Counted from the first letter of the stretch, positions 28,077 to 38,332 are shown. The stretch is 64,000 bases of DNA from Candidatus Latescibacterota bacterium (GCA_965248265.1 CBDFJF010000001.1:352001-416000), one strand, 5' to 3'. Notes: generated by a model not told the origin, from the sequence alone. Made by a program: numbers and translations.

Positions 28077-28116
28077 AAAAAGCGCCCCGGGAGGTTGGTT
28101 TCCCGGGGCGCTTTTT
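28077..28116. terminator. Bidirectional intrinsic terminator
   Basis: AAAAAGCGCCCCGGGA-loop-TCCCGGGGCGCTTTTT between convergent genes. Confidence 0.9.
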
Positions 28117-28141
28117 CGTTCTTGGACGACCTGCCGCAAAC

Positions 28142-30346
28142 TCAACGTCGCGCGCTGAGCTGTCTCTGGCGCGCATAGTCCAGCACACCTTTGACGATCT
28201 TCTCGGCATCTCGGTGACGCAGCTGCTCAAAGCGCAGTGCCCAGGCGTGGTCTACGTAGGCGAGGTTTCTAAGCTCGACCAGAACCTTCACTCCTGCGGG
28301 GTTGTTCCGCAACACACCCAAGTCCTGACCCCGGGTGCGGGCTCCGGCCCCGAGGGCCGGCAGCAGAGATTGGGCGAATCGCCTGGAGGGGTTGTCTCGT
28401 CGTCGTCCATCGCGGCTCTCATAGTAGAGAACCAGCGGGGCTTCCGGGGCTCGGGGTTCTTTGTCTGCGTGAAACGACAGAAACACGCAGCGATTGCTGG
28501 GAATTCCGGATAATGCCTCCCGGGCGATGCGCACGCGGGCGTCCAGGTTGCCATTTCGGCCACCCACAGGCCAATTCCCTCTCCGGTTGCGTTTGTTCAG
28601 GCCGAGGCTGTTGTAGACTTCGTTCTTTTCATTGACGAAGGTCAGCGATGGCGGCCCATTCTGGCGAATCAGGTGATTTGGACTCAGAAGGGTCATGTGC
28701 ACTCGTGCACCGTGCAATCTCAACAGCACGTAGGCCCGCAGGGCGATGTCGTACACGTACTCATCCTCAACCACGTACAATTCGTTGCCGTTACCATCGT
28801 GGGTCTTGACGACTGCACCGGGATCGAGTCCACCATGACCCGGGTCGAGAACGAGGTGCCATCCCTGCAGCGCACTGCTTAGCCTGCCAAGTCGCTTGAC
28901 CGCCCGTTCGAATCCCTCCCAGACTTTGGTGGCCTGCCTGTAGGTGGCCAGGGGAGATCTCGGATGCTCCTCGTAGTAGGTGAGTGACCGCTGTTGATCG
29001 GCCTTTGGCCGGGTTTTGAAATAGGGTCCGTTGCCGAGGACGATGCGGTTCAGGCCACGCGGCGCAATCTGGAGATCGGCCCACCGAATTTCCGACTGCT
29101 TGAGCCAGTTGCGGTTGCCCAGGATCGGACGCACCCGGAGCTGTTGGCCCGGATGTATGACCGAACCCTTAATGCCGTTGAGTTTCTTGATCTCGCCCAC
29201 GGTCATCTGATGCAGCCTTGCGATCTCGCTGAGGTTGTCTCCCTTGATGATCTGATAGACGGCGTGCCGGGACGCCCGCTCCGAGTTCAAGGTGAGCTCC
29301 TGTCCCGGATAAATGCGATCCGACGTCAGACCGTTGAGTTCCTTGAGCTCACCCACCTTCATGCCATAGGCGCGCGCGATTTCCCACAGGGCATCACCGC
29401 GCTCGACCACGTGTGTCGCCGTGGACACCTGTCGCAGCCGCAGCTTTTGCCCGACCAGGATGCGGTCTCCCTCGACGCCGTTGATCTCCTTCAGCGCGGA
29501 AAGCTTGAGTTGGTAGCGCACCGCGATTTCCGATAGCGTCTCGCCGCGCCGCACAATGTGGACACCCTCATCCTCCCTCGAGGGCCGTACGCGGAGTTTC
29601 TGTCCCGGCAAGATGCGATCCTTCTTCAGCTGATTGAGTTGTCGCAACAGGCCCAGGCCGACGTCGAAGCGTTGGGCGATTTCGGAAAGGGTGTCGCCGC
29701 CGCGGACGACGTATTCGCGAACTTCCTCCTCTTCGGAGTCGGTCGGAGTAGGGGGAGGGGTGTTTCTCGTGGACATCGCAGGCGCAGATCGTCGACGCAG
29801 GACGAGGCGTTGGCCGATGGCGATATGATTTCCATCCACGATGCCGTTGAGTTTGCGCAGAGTAGCCAGTCTGACACCGTACAACTGGCTAATGGCAGAA
29901 AGCGTCTCACCGCGTCGAACTGTGTGGTTGGCCGGCTCCTGCTCCTCACGCGCATTCCTGCCCGGCAGGCGCAGCTTCACACCGACGGTGATGCGATCGT
30001 GAGTCAGACCATTGGCCCGTTTCAAGCGGCGGACACTGACACCGGCCCTAGCCGCAATACCCGAAAGAGTATCTCCACCGCGGACAAGGTAGTGACCACC
30101 CCCGCCAGACGCGGAAACAGCCAGCTGTTGGCCGACAAGAATGCGGTCACTGGCTAGGCGATTCCATTGTTTCAATTGGCTCACACTGACTCGATAACGC
30201 AGGGCAATGGTGCTGAGCGTCTCCGTCGCCTGGACGGTATGCCCCCGCCTGTGCGGCGGTCTGTCGGCCTTTCCGGCTTCCAGCTCGGTGTCGAACAGCA
30301 ACACGACAACGAGCGCTGCGGCCAGGACGTAGCAGTACCTGGTCAT
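28142..30346 (-). CDS. N-acetylmuramoyl-L-alanine amidase (Amidase_3) with seven LysM domains
   Basis: Signal peptide, seven HxVxxG(D/E)TLxxIA...N...IxxGQxL repeats, and LDPGHGG, SFHAD, LVE amidase motifs. Confidence 0.9.
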   Translation of the reverse strand: MTRYCYVLAAALVVVLLFDTELEAGKADRPPHRRGHTVQATETLSTIALRYRVSVSQLKQWNRLASDRILVGQQLAVSASGGGGHYLVRGGDTLSGIAARAGVSVRRLKRANGLTHDRITVGVKLRLPGRNAREEQEPANHTVRRGETLSAISQLYGVRLATLRKLNGIVDGNHIAIGQRLVLRRRSAPAMSTRNTPPPTPTDSEEEEVREYVVRGGDTLSEIAQRFDVGLGLLRQLNQLKKDRILPGQKLRVRPSREDEGVHIVRRGETLSEIAVRYQLKLSALKEINGVEGDRILVGQKLRLRQVSTATHVVERGDALWEIARAYGMKVGELKELNGLTSDRIYPGQELTLNSERASRHAVYQIIKGDNLSEIARLHQMTVGEIKKLNGIKGSVIHPGQQLRVRPILGNRNWLKQSEIRWADLQIAPRGLNRIVLGNGPYFKTRPKADQQRSLTYYEEHPRSPLATYRQATKVWEGFERAVKRLGRLSSALQGWHLVLDPGHGGLDPGAVVKTHDGNGNELYVVEDEYVYDIALRAYVLLRLHGARVHMTLLSPNHLIRQNGPPSLTFVNEKNEVYNSLGLNKRNRRGNWPVGGRNGNLDARVRIAREALSGIPSNRCVFLSFHADKEPRAPEAPLVLYYESRDGRRRDNPSRRFAQSLLPALGAGARTRGQDLGVLRNNPAGVKVLVELRNLAYVDHAWALRFEQLRHRDAEKIVKGVLDYARQRQLSARR

Positions 30347-30471
30347 GGACCAATCGAGTGCTATAATGTGATGGTTGAGGAACAAAAACAGGGGGAGACA
30401 GCGGGGGGTGAAGCACCGTAAGTATAACTCCAACCTGGCGATAGCGCAAAGTTTGCGCTATCATCCTCAAG

Positions 30472-31920
30472 GTGAAAGAAAGCGTTAAATCGTTACCCTC
30501 CGTGGACCAAATTCTCAATCTGGAGTCCACAACTGAGCTGCTGCGCAGGTACCGGCGGGAGCACGTCACCGCGACGGTTCGCCGGGCACTGCAAGAGCTG
30601 CGCGAAGAGCTGATCGCGCAGGTGAAGGCTACCAACGGCGCATCCACGGCGCCGGGGTCGACTACCCGTGACTCGCTGACGGCTCGAGTCGAGTCCATGA
30701 TTGCCGTGGCCCTTGGCGCCGAAAACCAGGCCAGCCTCCATCCCGTCATCAACGCAACCGGAGTTATCCTTCACACCGGTCTGGGGCGCGCGCCGCTGCC
30801 GGCGCAGGCTCTGGAGGCGATCCGAGATGTGGCCGGGAGTTACTGCAACCTGGAACTCGACCTGCAGTCGGGTGATCGGGGTTCGCGCTTCGTCCATATT
30901 GAACCACTGATCTGCGAACTCTCCGGCGCCGAGGCGGCCGTGGTCGTCAACAACAACGCGGGAGCGGTGCTGCTGATGTTGAGCGTTCTCGCGTGTGGCC
31001 GTGAGGTCATCGTCTCCCGCGGCGAACTGGTCGAGATAGGGGGCTCCTTCCGAATTCCCGACATAATAGAAGCCAGTGGCGCCACGATTCGCGAAGTCGG
31101 AACAACGAATCGAACCCATTTAGCCGACTATGAAAATGCGATCTCCGCGGATACCGGACTTATCCTGGCCGTCCATCCGAGCAATTACAGGGTCGAGGGC
31201 TTCACCTCGGGAGTCGATCTGACCGAACTCGTCGAACTCGGAACGCGCGCCGGGGTTGCGGTGGCCTACGACCTGGGAGGAGGTGCCCTGATGGATCTCG
31301 CAGAATGGGGTCTGCCGCGCGAACCGGTCGTCGGGCAGGCGCTGGCGACTGGCGTTGACGTGGTCAGCTTCAGTGGGGACAAAGTGCTCGGCGGCCCCCA
31401 GGCCGGGATCATAGCCGGCAAGCAGGGCTGTGTGCAGGCCATGCGGAATCATCCGATGATGAGGGCCTTGCGCTGTGACAAGCTCATACTCGCCGCTCTC
31501 GAGGCGACCCTCAAGCTCTACAACCTGCCCCCCGCTGAGATTACCGAACTCCATCCCGTGTTGCGCATGCTCTGCGAGCCGGCAGACCTGACGCAGGCGC
31601 GAGCAAGGCAACTGCTCGGCATGCTTTCCTCGCGAGCCCGGTCGCAACTGTCGCCACAGGTCGAAGCCTCGAAAGCGCAAGGCGGCAGCGGCGCCCTGCC
31701 TTTAGTGGAACTCCCCAGCTGGGCCCTGTCATTGGCGCCCCGTTTTTGCACCATAGTGCAATTGGCGCGGGCACTACGCAACGGCGCCGTGCCGGTGGTC
31801 GGACGAATACAGAAGGACAGGCTCCTCCTCGATGTGCGCACGGTGTTCGACGGTGATATCGAACTCCTCGCCAGTGCCCTGGAGGCTGCACTCCCAGCCC
31901 CGGACGGCACCGACGCGTAG
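30472..31920 (+). CDS. selA: L-seryl-tRNA(Sec) selenium transferase
   Basis: VINATGVILHTGLGRA, VNNNA, SRGELVEIGGSFRIP, EVGTTNRT and SGDKVLGGPQAG. Confidence 0.96.
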   Translation: MKESVKSLPSVDQILNLESTTELLRRYRREHVTATVRRALQELREELIAQVKATNGASTAPGSTTRDSLTARVESMIAVALGAENQASLHPVINATGVILHTGLGRAPLPAQALEAIRDVAGSYCNLELDLQSGDRGSRFVHIEPLICELSGAEAAVVVNNNAGAVLLMLSVLACGREVIVSRGELVEIGGSFRIPDIIEASGATIREVGTTNRTHLADYENAISADTGLILAVHPSNYRVEGFTSGVDLTELVELGTRAGVAVAYDLGGGALMDLAEWGLPREPVVGQALATGVDVVSFSGDKVLGGPQAGIIAGKQGCVQAMRNHPMMRALRCDKLILAALEATLKLYNLPPAEITELHPVLRMLCEPADLTQARARQLLGMLSSRARSQLSPQVEASKAQGGSGALPLVELPSWALSLAPRFCTIVQLARALRNGAVPVVGRIQKDRLLLDVRTVFDGDIELLASALEAALPAPDGTDA

Positions 31921-31935
31921 GGGGAGGGCAAGAAG

Positions 31936-32376
31936 GTGACGGGCCTGAGGAGTCTGCTTGTGGTCAGTCGCCTGGTCTTGATCTGCGGGCTCGCCGCTTG
32001 TGGGGGTACCAGCAGTACGGCGCCGCCGGATGACGATGGGACGCCCGAAGACGGCCGCATTCTCGTCGCCAACGAAACGATGGTGAACCTGGAAGTTGCC
32101 TATCTCAGAGAAGACGAAGCCAGCGGATCGCGCCTGGTCCGGACGGAGGTGGCACCAGGAACCATAGCCGATGTCAGTGGGGGACGGGGACTCCTGCCGG
32201 CAGCTACACGGCTTGAGCTGGATCTGGTACTGGGGCCGGTAGACGACGGGTTGACTCGCGTGCGGCGCAAGGTGAGCGTCGACGTCGATGGCGAGGTCCT
32301 GGTGACGATCCGGTTGCTCGATCCAGAGGATCTCTTCAGCATCGAGATAGAGGTAACAGCGTCGCCAGCGGCCTGA
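31936..32376 (+). CDS. Hypothetical lipoprotein
   Basis: RBS GGAGG and lipobox LAACGG. Confidence 0.65.
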   Translation: MTGLRSLLVVSRLVLICGLAACGGTSSTAPPDDDGTPEDGRILVANETMVNLEVAYLREDEASGSRLVRTEVAPGTIADVSGGRGLLPAATRLELDLVLGPVDDGLTRVRRKVSVDVDGEVLVTIRLLDPEDLFSIEIEVTASPAA

Positions 32377-32403
32377 TGATCGATGGCCTCACGCCCGGAC
32401 TAC

Positions 32404-33444
32404 CTACACGAAGGTGTCTTCGGCGCTGCCGCGTACGATCTGAATCTGACCCTGGTCCTCCAGCTGGCGGACCTTCTGGACGATGCGCAGTTGCACTTCC
32501 TCGACCTCGCTCAGTCGCATCGGACCGGTGAATTCCATCTCTTCTTCGATGAAGCCCCGGACACGATCGGACATGTTGGTGAGAAGTTTATCCTTTACCT
32601 CTTCGCTGGCGGCCTTGAGTGCGATGACCAGATCCTTCTGCTCTACTTCGCGCAGGATCGTTTGCACTTCTCGGTCGGTCAGTTTGTGGATGTCGTCGAA
32701 GACGAACATCATGTTGCGGACGATTTCAGCCACTTCTGGATCCTGAGCGTCGAGTCGGTCGAGGACATTCTTCTCCACCGAACCGCCGGTCAAGTTGAGA
32801 ATGTCGGCGACTACCTTGGGACCACCCACATCCTGATTGCCACCCAGGATGTCACGCAGGTTGGCCTCGAGGCTCTCCTCAATCTGCTTCAACACATTAG
32901 GCGTGATGTTTTCCATCACCGCGATCCGGTAGGCGACTTCGGCCTGAATACGCTCGGGTAGCTGGGCGATGATGCCGGCCGCCTGCTGCGGCTCCAGTTG
33001 CGACAGGATCAGGGCAATCGTCTGTGGGTGTTCATGTGAAATGAAGGGAGCAAGCTGTTCGGGGGGCACGTTCTTGAGCAGGTAAAACCCGGAGCTGACC
33101 GTGCTCATGATCCGGTCGAGAATCTCTTGAGTCTTGCGCGGGCCGACGGCGCGCTCGAGGGCGCCGCGAGCGAAATCGACGCCGCCCTGGCTCATGTATT
33201 CGCCAGCCAGCAAGTGCTGCTCGAAATCGGCCAGGACCTCGTCCTGGAGCTCGATCGGCAGATGCTTTAGTTCGGTAATGGTGTGGGTAATGTCCTCGAT
33301 CTCGTAATCAGTCAGGTACTTCAGAACCTCCCCGGCGTTCTCCTGTCCCAGGGCGACCATGAGTACGGCGACTTTCTGGCGTGGATCGAGGCCATCGTCC
33401 TCGCCTGCGGCCAGTTTCATGTCATTCTCCGGTCCATATTCCAT
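32404..33444 (-). CDS. fliG: Full-length flagellar motor switch protein FliG homolog (orphan)
   Basis: [29 protein letters not shown] and NMSDR..FIEEEME..GPMRLSEVE; RBS GAGGT. Confidence 0.93.
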   Translation of the reverse strand: MEYGPENDMKLAAGEDDGLDPRQKVAVLMVALGQENAGEVLKYLTDYEIEDITHTITELKHLPIELQDEVLADFEQHLLAGEYMSQGGVDFARGALERAVGPRKTQEILDRIMSTVSSGFYLLKNVPPEQLAPFISHEHPQTIALILSQLEPQQAAGIIAQLPERIQAEVAYRIAVMENITPNVLKQIEESLEANLRDILGGNQDVGGPKVVADILNLTGGSVEKNVLDRLDAQDPEVAEIVRNMMFVFDDIHKLTDREVQTILREVEQKDLVIALKAASEEVKDKLLTNMSDRVRGFIEEEMEFTGPMRLSEVEEVQLRIVQKVRQLEDQGQIQIVRGSAEDTFV

Positions 33445-33577
33445 TTTGGTAACCTCGCTCAGAATAAACGTCCCCATGCACAGAAAAATATTTCCCTGCA
33501 TAGGCACTCGGTACGCCGCTTTGTCTTGTCCTTGTAGGCCGATCGATAGCCGATCCGCAGGGACTTGCCCATCACCT

Positions 33578-33593
33578 TGCAAACGGGGGGCCA
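33578..33593 (-). promoter_or_regulatory. sigma54 -24/-12 promoter candidate for the orphan fliG
   Basis: Minus strand TGGCCC-CCCGT-TTGCA, about 135 bp upstream of the start codon. Confidence 0.55.
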
Positions 33594-33687
33594 AGGTGTG
33601 GCCGTCGAGCCTGGCCATGCGACTGAGAAAGACAGGCAGAACACTAGCGTAGGGTTAATGTCCGCAGTCGCTTAGGTCAATTTCGCC

Positions 33688-33741
33688 TTGCAAAACAGCC
33701 CAAGACTACCTATTATTGACTAACATTGTATAAAATATACA
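33688..33741 (+). promoter_or_regulatory. sigma70-like promoter with a downstream operator-like palindrome
   Basis: TTGCAA-17 nt-TATTAT (33688-33716), followed by TGTATA-AAA-TATACA (33727-33741). Confidence 0.55.
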
Positions 33742-33856
33742 GTTGCTACTGGTTCTCCTCCCTGTTTTGTAGTATCTCCTCCCTTCCATAAAAAATCTCC
33801 CTGCGTCAGGACCTCCGCGTCACCCACGCGGACTGTCGATGAGGTGGGATAAGACC

Positions 33857-34754
33857 ATGCAGGACGTAGATCTACACGTTCTTCCGGGTCCGCCGCACGC
33901 GGGACTCAAACGCCGTATTCTCGATGAATTGATGCGTAATCCGTTTCTGGACGACGATCTCCAGATGTTGTCGGCGAGGCTAGGAACTCCACGCAGGGAG
34001 CTTTCAGAGGCACTTGCTGGCCTGTCTACGGCCCGGTTTGTGCACTCAAACCGGCCGCAACAGTTACATGCTGGATATGGAGATCGGGAGTGAAACTGTA
34101 GGAGAAACAGCGACAGAGGAACTGTTGTGGGGCGCAGAGCCCAATGCTGACCTTGCTGCGGTCGAGCCGATTGTCACCGAAGACGTTGACGAAGATGGTG
34201 ACGAAGGTGTCTCCGGCACGGTCCTATTCCTGCCCAATACGGAAGCGCCTGCTACAAAGAAGCTGGTGGAAGCGCTGCCTATCGGAATTGTCGTCCTCAA
34301 CCAGGACGGCATTCTCGAGTTGGCCAATCGCAAGGCCTCCGATTGGCTCGGGTTGCCCGTCGACGTGCTGGACGGAGCGACCTTCGAAATCGTTACCGGC
34401 GTGAACCCCATGGCCGTCCTCTCCGGCGAGCCGACTGCCTCGCCGATCACTTTTTCCGTGAAGGAGCCGTCGCCTGTCGAAATCACGATCCGACCCTGTC
34501 TGATCGAGTCTGGGGCAGCGGTCCTCCTGATCGTCCGGGACACTACACTGCAGGAGGAGGTCTCGAAAATTCAGGCCAATCTACAAGAAGAGATCTTCGA
34601 TCAGATGCGCGACGAGATCGTCGATCCGCTCTTCACGATTGAACAGTTTCTGGATCGGCCAGATGGGACTACGCTGGTGCAAGCTCGCGCCGCCATGGAG
34701 CAGGTGAACTGGTTCATGCGGCAGTTTTTCTTGCGTGACGAACCGAAAAAATGA
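33857..34754 (+). pseudogene. Winged-helix-like + PAS + degenerate DHp protein split by a 1-nt frameshift near 34042 (or a sequencing error)
   Basis: Removing one base joins ORF 33857-34093 to ORF 34014-34754 (..ARFVTQTGRNSYML..). PAS motif LVEALPIGIVVLNQDG.LELAN..A..WLG; DEIVDPL lacks the His. Confidence 0.6.
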
Positions 34755-34798
34755 TACGGCGCGGCTGAATTTGCCCGCGTGGGTGGAGGCTGACTGAA

Positions 34799-35932
34799 AT
34801 GGTACTGGACATACGAAACGTGAACGGAGGCACGGGTGAGGCTGAGCCCGAGGATGTGACACTGCCGACTTCGATTCCGGCTGTCGATGAGATCAGCAAG
34901 GACACGGGCGTGGCTCAACCGGTAGCGCTCGAGGATCTTCTCGATGTCGTCGTCGATGGCGAGTCACTGCAGGTCCGGGCCGCCGCCGCCGCTCAACTTC
35001 GATCCCTGGTCCCGGCTGACGAGGGTGTCGAACTGTTGTGCCGGGTGGTCGAGACCCTGGATGATCCGCGCAGGAACACGGCTGCCCAGATTCTGGGACA
35101 TCACCGTCAATGGCTGGGATCGAAGCCCGGTCTCGAGAGAGCCGTGGCTTGGTTGCGTCTGGAGCTCGATCCAGAGGTGGCCACCTCGATGGCGTGGGCC
35201 CTGCGCCACAAGGATGTCCTGGTGGAGTTTCTGTTGCATCCGGCCGCCGGCGTAGCCCGCGAGGCGGCTCTGGGGTTACCGGTAACAGCCAAAACGTTAC
35301 CTGCTCTGGTGCGGGTGCTGTTGATGGGACGTTCACCCGACGTCGATCGCATCCTGTCGGAGAAACTGTCGGCCATCCACAACAACCAGGCGATGAGCGT
35401 TGCGCAATTGTTGCAGGATTGGGAGGGGGAGGTGGGCGAAGAGGAGCTCAATACCGCCATCGCCTGCCTGCCCCAAGTGCCCTTGTTCGTTGAATTCGTC
35501 GAGCAGGCAGGGCAGGCAGACTGGCGTCCCGCGCAGACGCCGACGGAAGCGGATCACGCCCGAAGCCGGCATCGTATCACCCAATTGATCGAACGCAGCT
35601 TGTTGCGCTCGCCTTCGGGTGAACTCGTCCGGCACATGGTCAACCGCATCGGCCAGGATGACGGGTTCGCGCGGCGTCACACCTCCTTCCTCAGGGCTGC
35701 CGCCACCAATACCGACGCCGTTTTCGGCGCCGAATTGGTGGATGACCTGGCACGGTTGACGATCGGCGCGTCCGAGGAGAAGCTTGCACGGATGGCCCAG
35801 ATGCTGATGGAGTTGAGCAACAAGCTTGACGTCGGTTCGAAGCCCCAGGCTCAGGCTCTGATCGAACAGTGGATGACGAAGTCACCGAATCTGAAACTGA
35901 AAATCTATCACATGCAGCAGGGTATCAGCTGA
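34799..35932 (+). CDS. Hypothetical HEAT-like repeat protein
   Basis: 377 aa helical ORF with VRAAAAAQL, RNTAAQILG and VAREAALGL motifs. Confidence 0.65.
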   Translation: MVLDIRNVNGGTGEAEPEDVTLPTSIPAVDEISKDTGVAQPVALEDLLDVVVDGESLQVRAAAAAQLRSLVPADEGVELLCRVVETLDDPRRNTAAQILGHHRQWLGSKPGLERAVAWLRLELDPEVATSMAWALRHKDVLVEFLLHPAAGVAREAALGLPVTAKTLPALVRVLLMGRSPDVDRILSEKLSAIHNNQAMSVAQLLQDWEGEVGEEELNTAIACLPQVPLFVEFVEQAGQADWRPAQTPTEADHARSRHRITQLIERSLLRSPSGELVRHMVNRIGQDDGFARRHTSFLRAAATNTDAVFGAELVDDLARLTIGASEEKLARMAQMLMELSNKLDVGSKPQAQALIEQWMTKSPNLKLKIYHMQQGIS

Positions 35933-35954
35933 TCGGTATCCCGATCTACACCGC

Positions 35955-37025
35955 CTAGGTGTGGGCCCGCCGCATCATGAACGCACCTAGAATGCCTAAC
36001 AGCAGATTCGCGATCCATGCACCCAACCATGGGTCGATGACGGCATTCCATCCCAACGCCTGACCCGCCTTCACGCAGCTGTAGAAGACAAAACAGATCA
36101 GCACGCCGATGCCGAAGCTGTTGGCTCGTCCACCACGGGCGTTGGCCGCCACCGGGGCACCCAGTAGCAGGATCACGAAGCAGGTGAGTGGGAAGGCGAT
36201 TTTCAAATGCAGGTCCACGAGATTGCGGGTGGCATCCTCACCATTGGCGATGGCTCGGTCAATGTAGGCCCGCAGTTCGCGGTAATTCATCTCTTCCGGC
36301 TTTCTGCGCTGGCGCGCAAAATCGTCCGGAGCCAGGCTCAGCGAGCCCAGGGCCAGCGAATCGAATGACGTCACGCGCGGCTCTCCGTCCCCAAAGCGGA
36401 ATTCGTGACCGTCGAGGACGACCCAACCGCCGTCACCGCGCCACTGCAGCAACCTGCCGGTTACTCGCCGCGTAGTAGAGGCATTCTGCCGTCGCTCCCA
36501 CAATACGTGATGAGCGCGGCGCTTGGCGTGTTCGTAGGACCTGGCAGACAACAGCTGTCCCCCCGTATCCTGCAACAAGACCTGCCGGCGTGAACCGTCG
36601 CTGCGCCGATAGGAGCGGATGTCGTCGCGCATGTCATTGTAGCGCTTGGTCGCCACTGGTACGACGAAGTCCGTGAAGGCGAAGGCCAGCCCGCTGAAGC
36701 AGAGTCCGAAAACGAAGAGAGGCAGCAGCAGGCGGTACAGGCTGATACCGGCTGCCTTGGCGGCAGTGATCTCGTTGCGCCGGGCCATCGATGTCAAGCA
36801 AAACAGGGTGCTCAGCAGTACCGCCACGGGGAGCGTCAGGATGAGCCAGTAGGGTGTGCGGTAAGCGTAGTACCGCGCGAATTGACCCAGTGAAGCATCG
36901 TGGTCGATGAACATGTCGATGTTCTCGTTGAGATTGACCACGAAGGCGACCAACCACAACGCCAGAATACTCATTCCAAGCCACTGGACATAGCGTTGCA
37001 ACACATAGCGGTCGAGTCTGGTCAT
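35955..37025 (-). CDS. lptG: LPS export ABC permease LptG
   Basis: LDRYV, LPVAVLLS, RRNEITAAKAAGISLYR and KIAFP; overlaps the lptF stop. Confidence 0.88.
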   Translation of the reverse strand: MTRLDRYVLQRYVQWLGMSILALWLVAFVVNLNENIDMFIDHDASLGQFARYYAYRTPYWLILTLPVAVLLSTLFCLTSMARRNEITAAKAAGISLYRLLLPLFVFGLCFSGLAFAFTDFVVPVATKRYNDMRDDIRSYRRSDGSRRQVLLQDTGGQLLSARSYEHAKRRAHHVLWERRQNASTTRRVTGRLLQWRGDGGWVVLDGHEFRFGDGEPRVTSFDSLALGSLSLAPDDFARQRRKPEEMNYRELRAYIDRAIANGEDATRNLVDLHLKIAFPLTCFVILLLGAPVAANARGGRANSFGIGVLICFVFYSCVKAGQALGWNAVIDPWLGAWIANLLLGILGAFMMRRAHT

Positions 37026-38332
37026 GGCTCGGATCGCGTAATCGCGGATGGCAATCTGCGCAGCCATCCCAGCAGGGGGCGGTCTTCGGCGACTGCGTGC
37101 GATAGGGCCAGTCCCAGGCCGCCGAAGAAGAGGTTGGGCGCCCACATCGCCAGCATCGGGGCGACGAAGCCACGGTCGGCCAGCTTTTCGCCGGCGATCA
37201 GGAACATCCAGTAGGTGAGGAAGAACACCAGGCTGATGGCCACCGAGACCGCGGCGCCGGAACTGCGAACCAGCGCGCCCAGGGGGGCTCCCAGCAGCAC
37301 GAAGACGAGACAGGCCGTCGGGATAGAGAACTTCTTGTGTATCTCCACCAGATAGGACTTACGGGTGCGCTCGCGATTCTCCTGCATGCGCCACTGGCGA
37401 TCAAATCGCCGCACGAGTTCCTGCGCCCGCTCACTCATCTCCCGTTCGCCCACGTGCGCCTCCACGAGAAAGGCCTCCAGACTGGAATCCATGCGCGCGA
37501 AGGCGCGAGCCTCTTCAACGTGGGTTCCCTCCACGGTGGCGTACATGTCGGCCACGTCCATCTCTCGATCGTTGCGGTAGGCAGAACGGTAGTCCTTGAA
37601 GCCCCTCTCTGCATCCTCGATATGGACGACCTGTTTTTCGAAGGTGCCGAGGACGAAGTGCTGCGGGTCATCAGCATCGATCCGGTGAAACTCGCCATTG
37701 TACAGCGTCAGACGTAGGTACCTGCCCTCCTCAAAGATCTCCAACTCTCCTTCTGCCGCATGCAGGGCGGTTGGAAAGCCCTTCCTGCCACTGTCATAGA
37801 GGGTGATGCCGTAGAGTTTGTTGGAGCTTTCATCGACGCGTTGGATCAACAGACTGTTCGAGCTGATGTCACGGATGAAGACGCCTTCCTTCTGCTTGAG
37901 AACCACGGCCGCTTTGCGGCGTTTTAGGTTGGCCAGGATGTTCCTCGCCTGGTGGTTCCAGTCGGGCAGCACGCGGTCGTTGAAAATGATCATCAGCACG
38001 GTCAACCCAGCGGCCGCGATGAGGATGGGTAACAGAAGGCGCACGAAACTGATGCCGTTGGATTTGACGGCCAGGATTTCGTTGTCCGCTGCCAGCCGTC
38101 CGAATGCCATCAGGACGGATACGAGGACGGCCATTGGCACCGCAAGCGCGATGATCCAGGCGAGGTTGTAGAGGAACAGCTCCGCCGCCAATCCGAACCC
38201 CAATCCCTTGCTCAACACCTGATCCATCATCTGCAGAATCACGTCCAGAATCAGGATGAACAGGATCAGCGCCAGTCCGAACAAAAACGGACTGGCGTGC
38301 TGTCGCAGGACGTATTTCGAGAGCGCCGTCAA
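37022..38332 (-). CDS. lptF: LPS export ABC permease LptF
   Basis: LSKYV, AVPMAVL, GRLAADNEI..KSNGIS, EIHKKFSIP and AMWAPN. Confidence 0.88.
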   Translation of the reverse strand: MTALSKYVLRQHASPFLFGLALILFILILDVILQMMDQVLSKGLGFGLAAELFLYNLAWIIALAVPMAVLVSVLMAFGRLAADNEILAVKSNGISFVRLLLPILIAAAGLTVLMIIFNDRVLPDWNHQARNILANLKRRKAAVVLKQKEGVFIRDISSNSLLIQRVDESSNKLYGITLYDSGRKGFPTALHAAEGELEIFEEGRYLRLTLYNGEFHRIDADDPQHFVLGTFEKQVVHIEDAERGFKDYRSAYRNDREMDVADMYATVEGTHVEEARAFARMDSSLEAFLVEAHVGEREMSERAQELVRRFDRQWRMQENRERTRKSYLVEIHKKFSIPTACLVFVLLGAPLGALVRSSGAAVSVAISLVFFLTYWMFLIAGEKLADRGFVAPMLAMWAPNLFFGGLGLALSHAVAEDRPLLGWLRRLPSAITRSEP

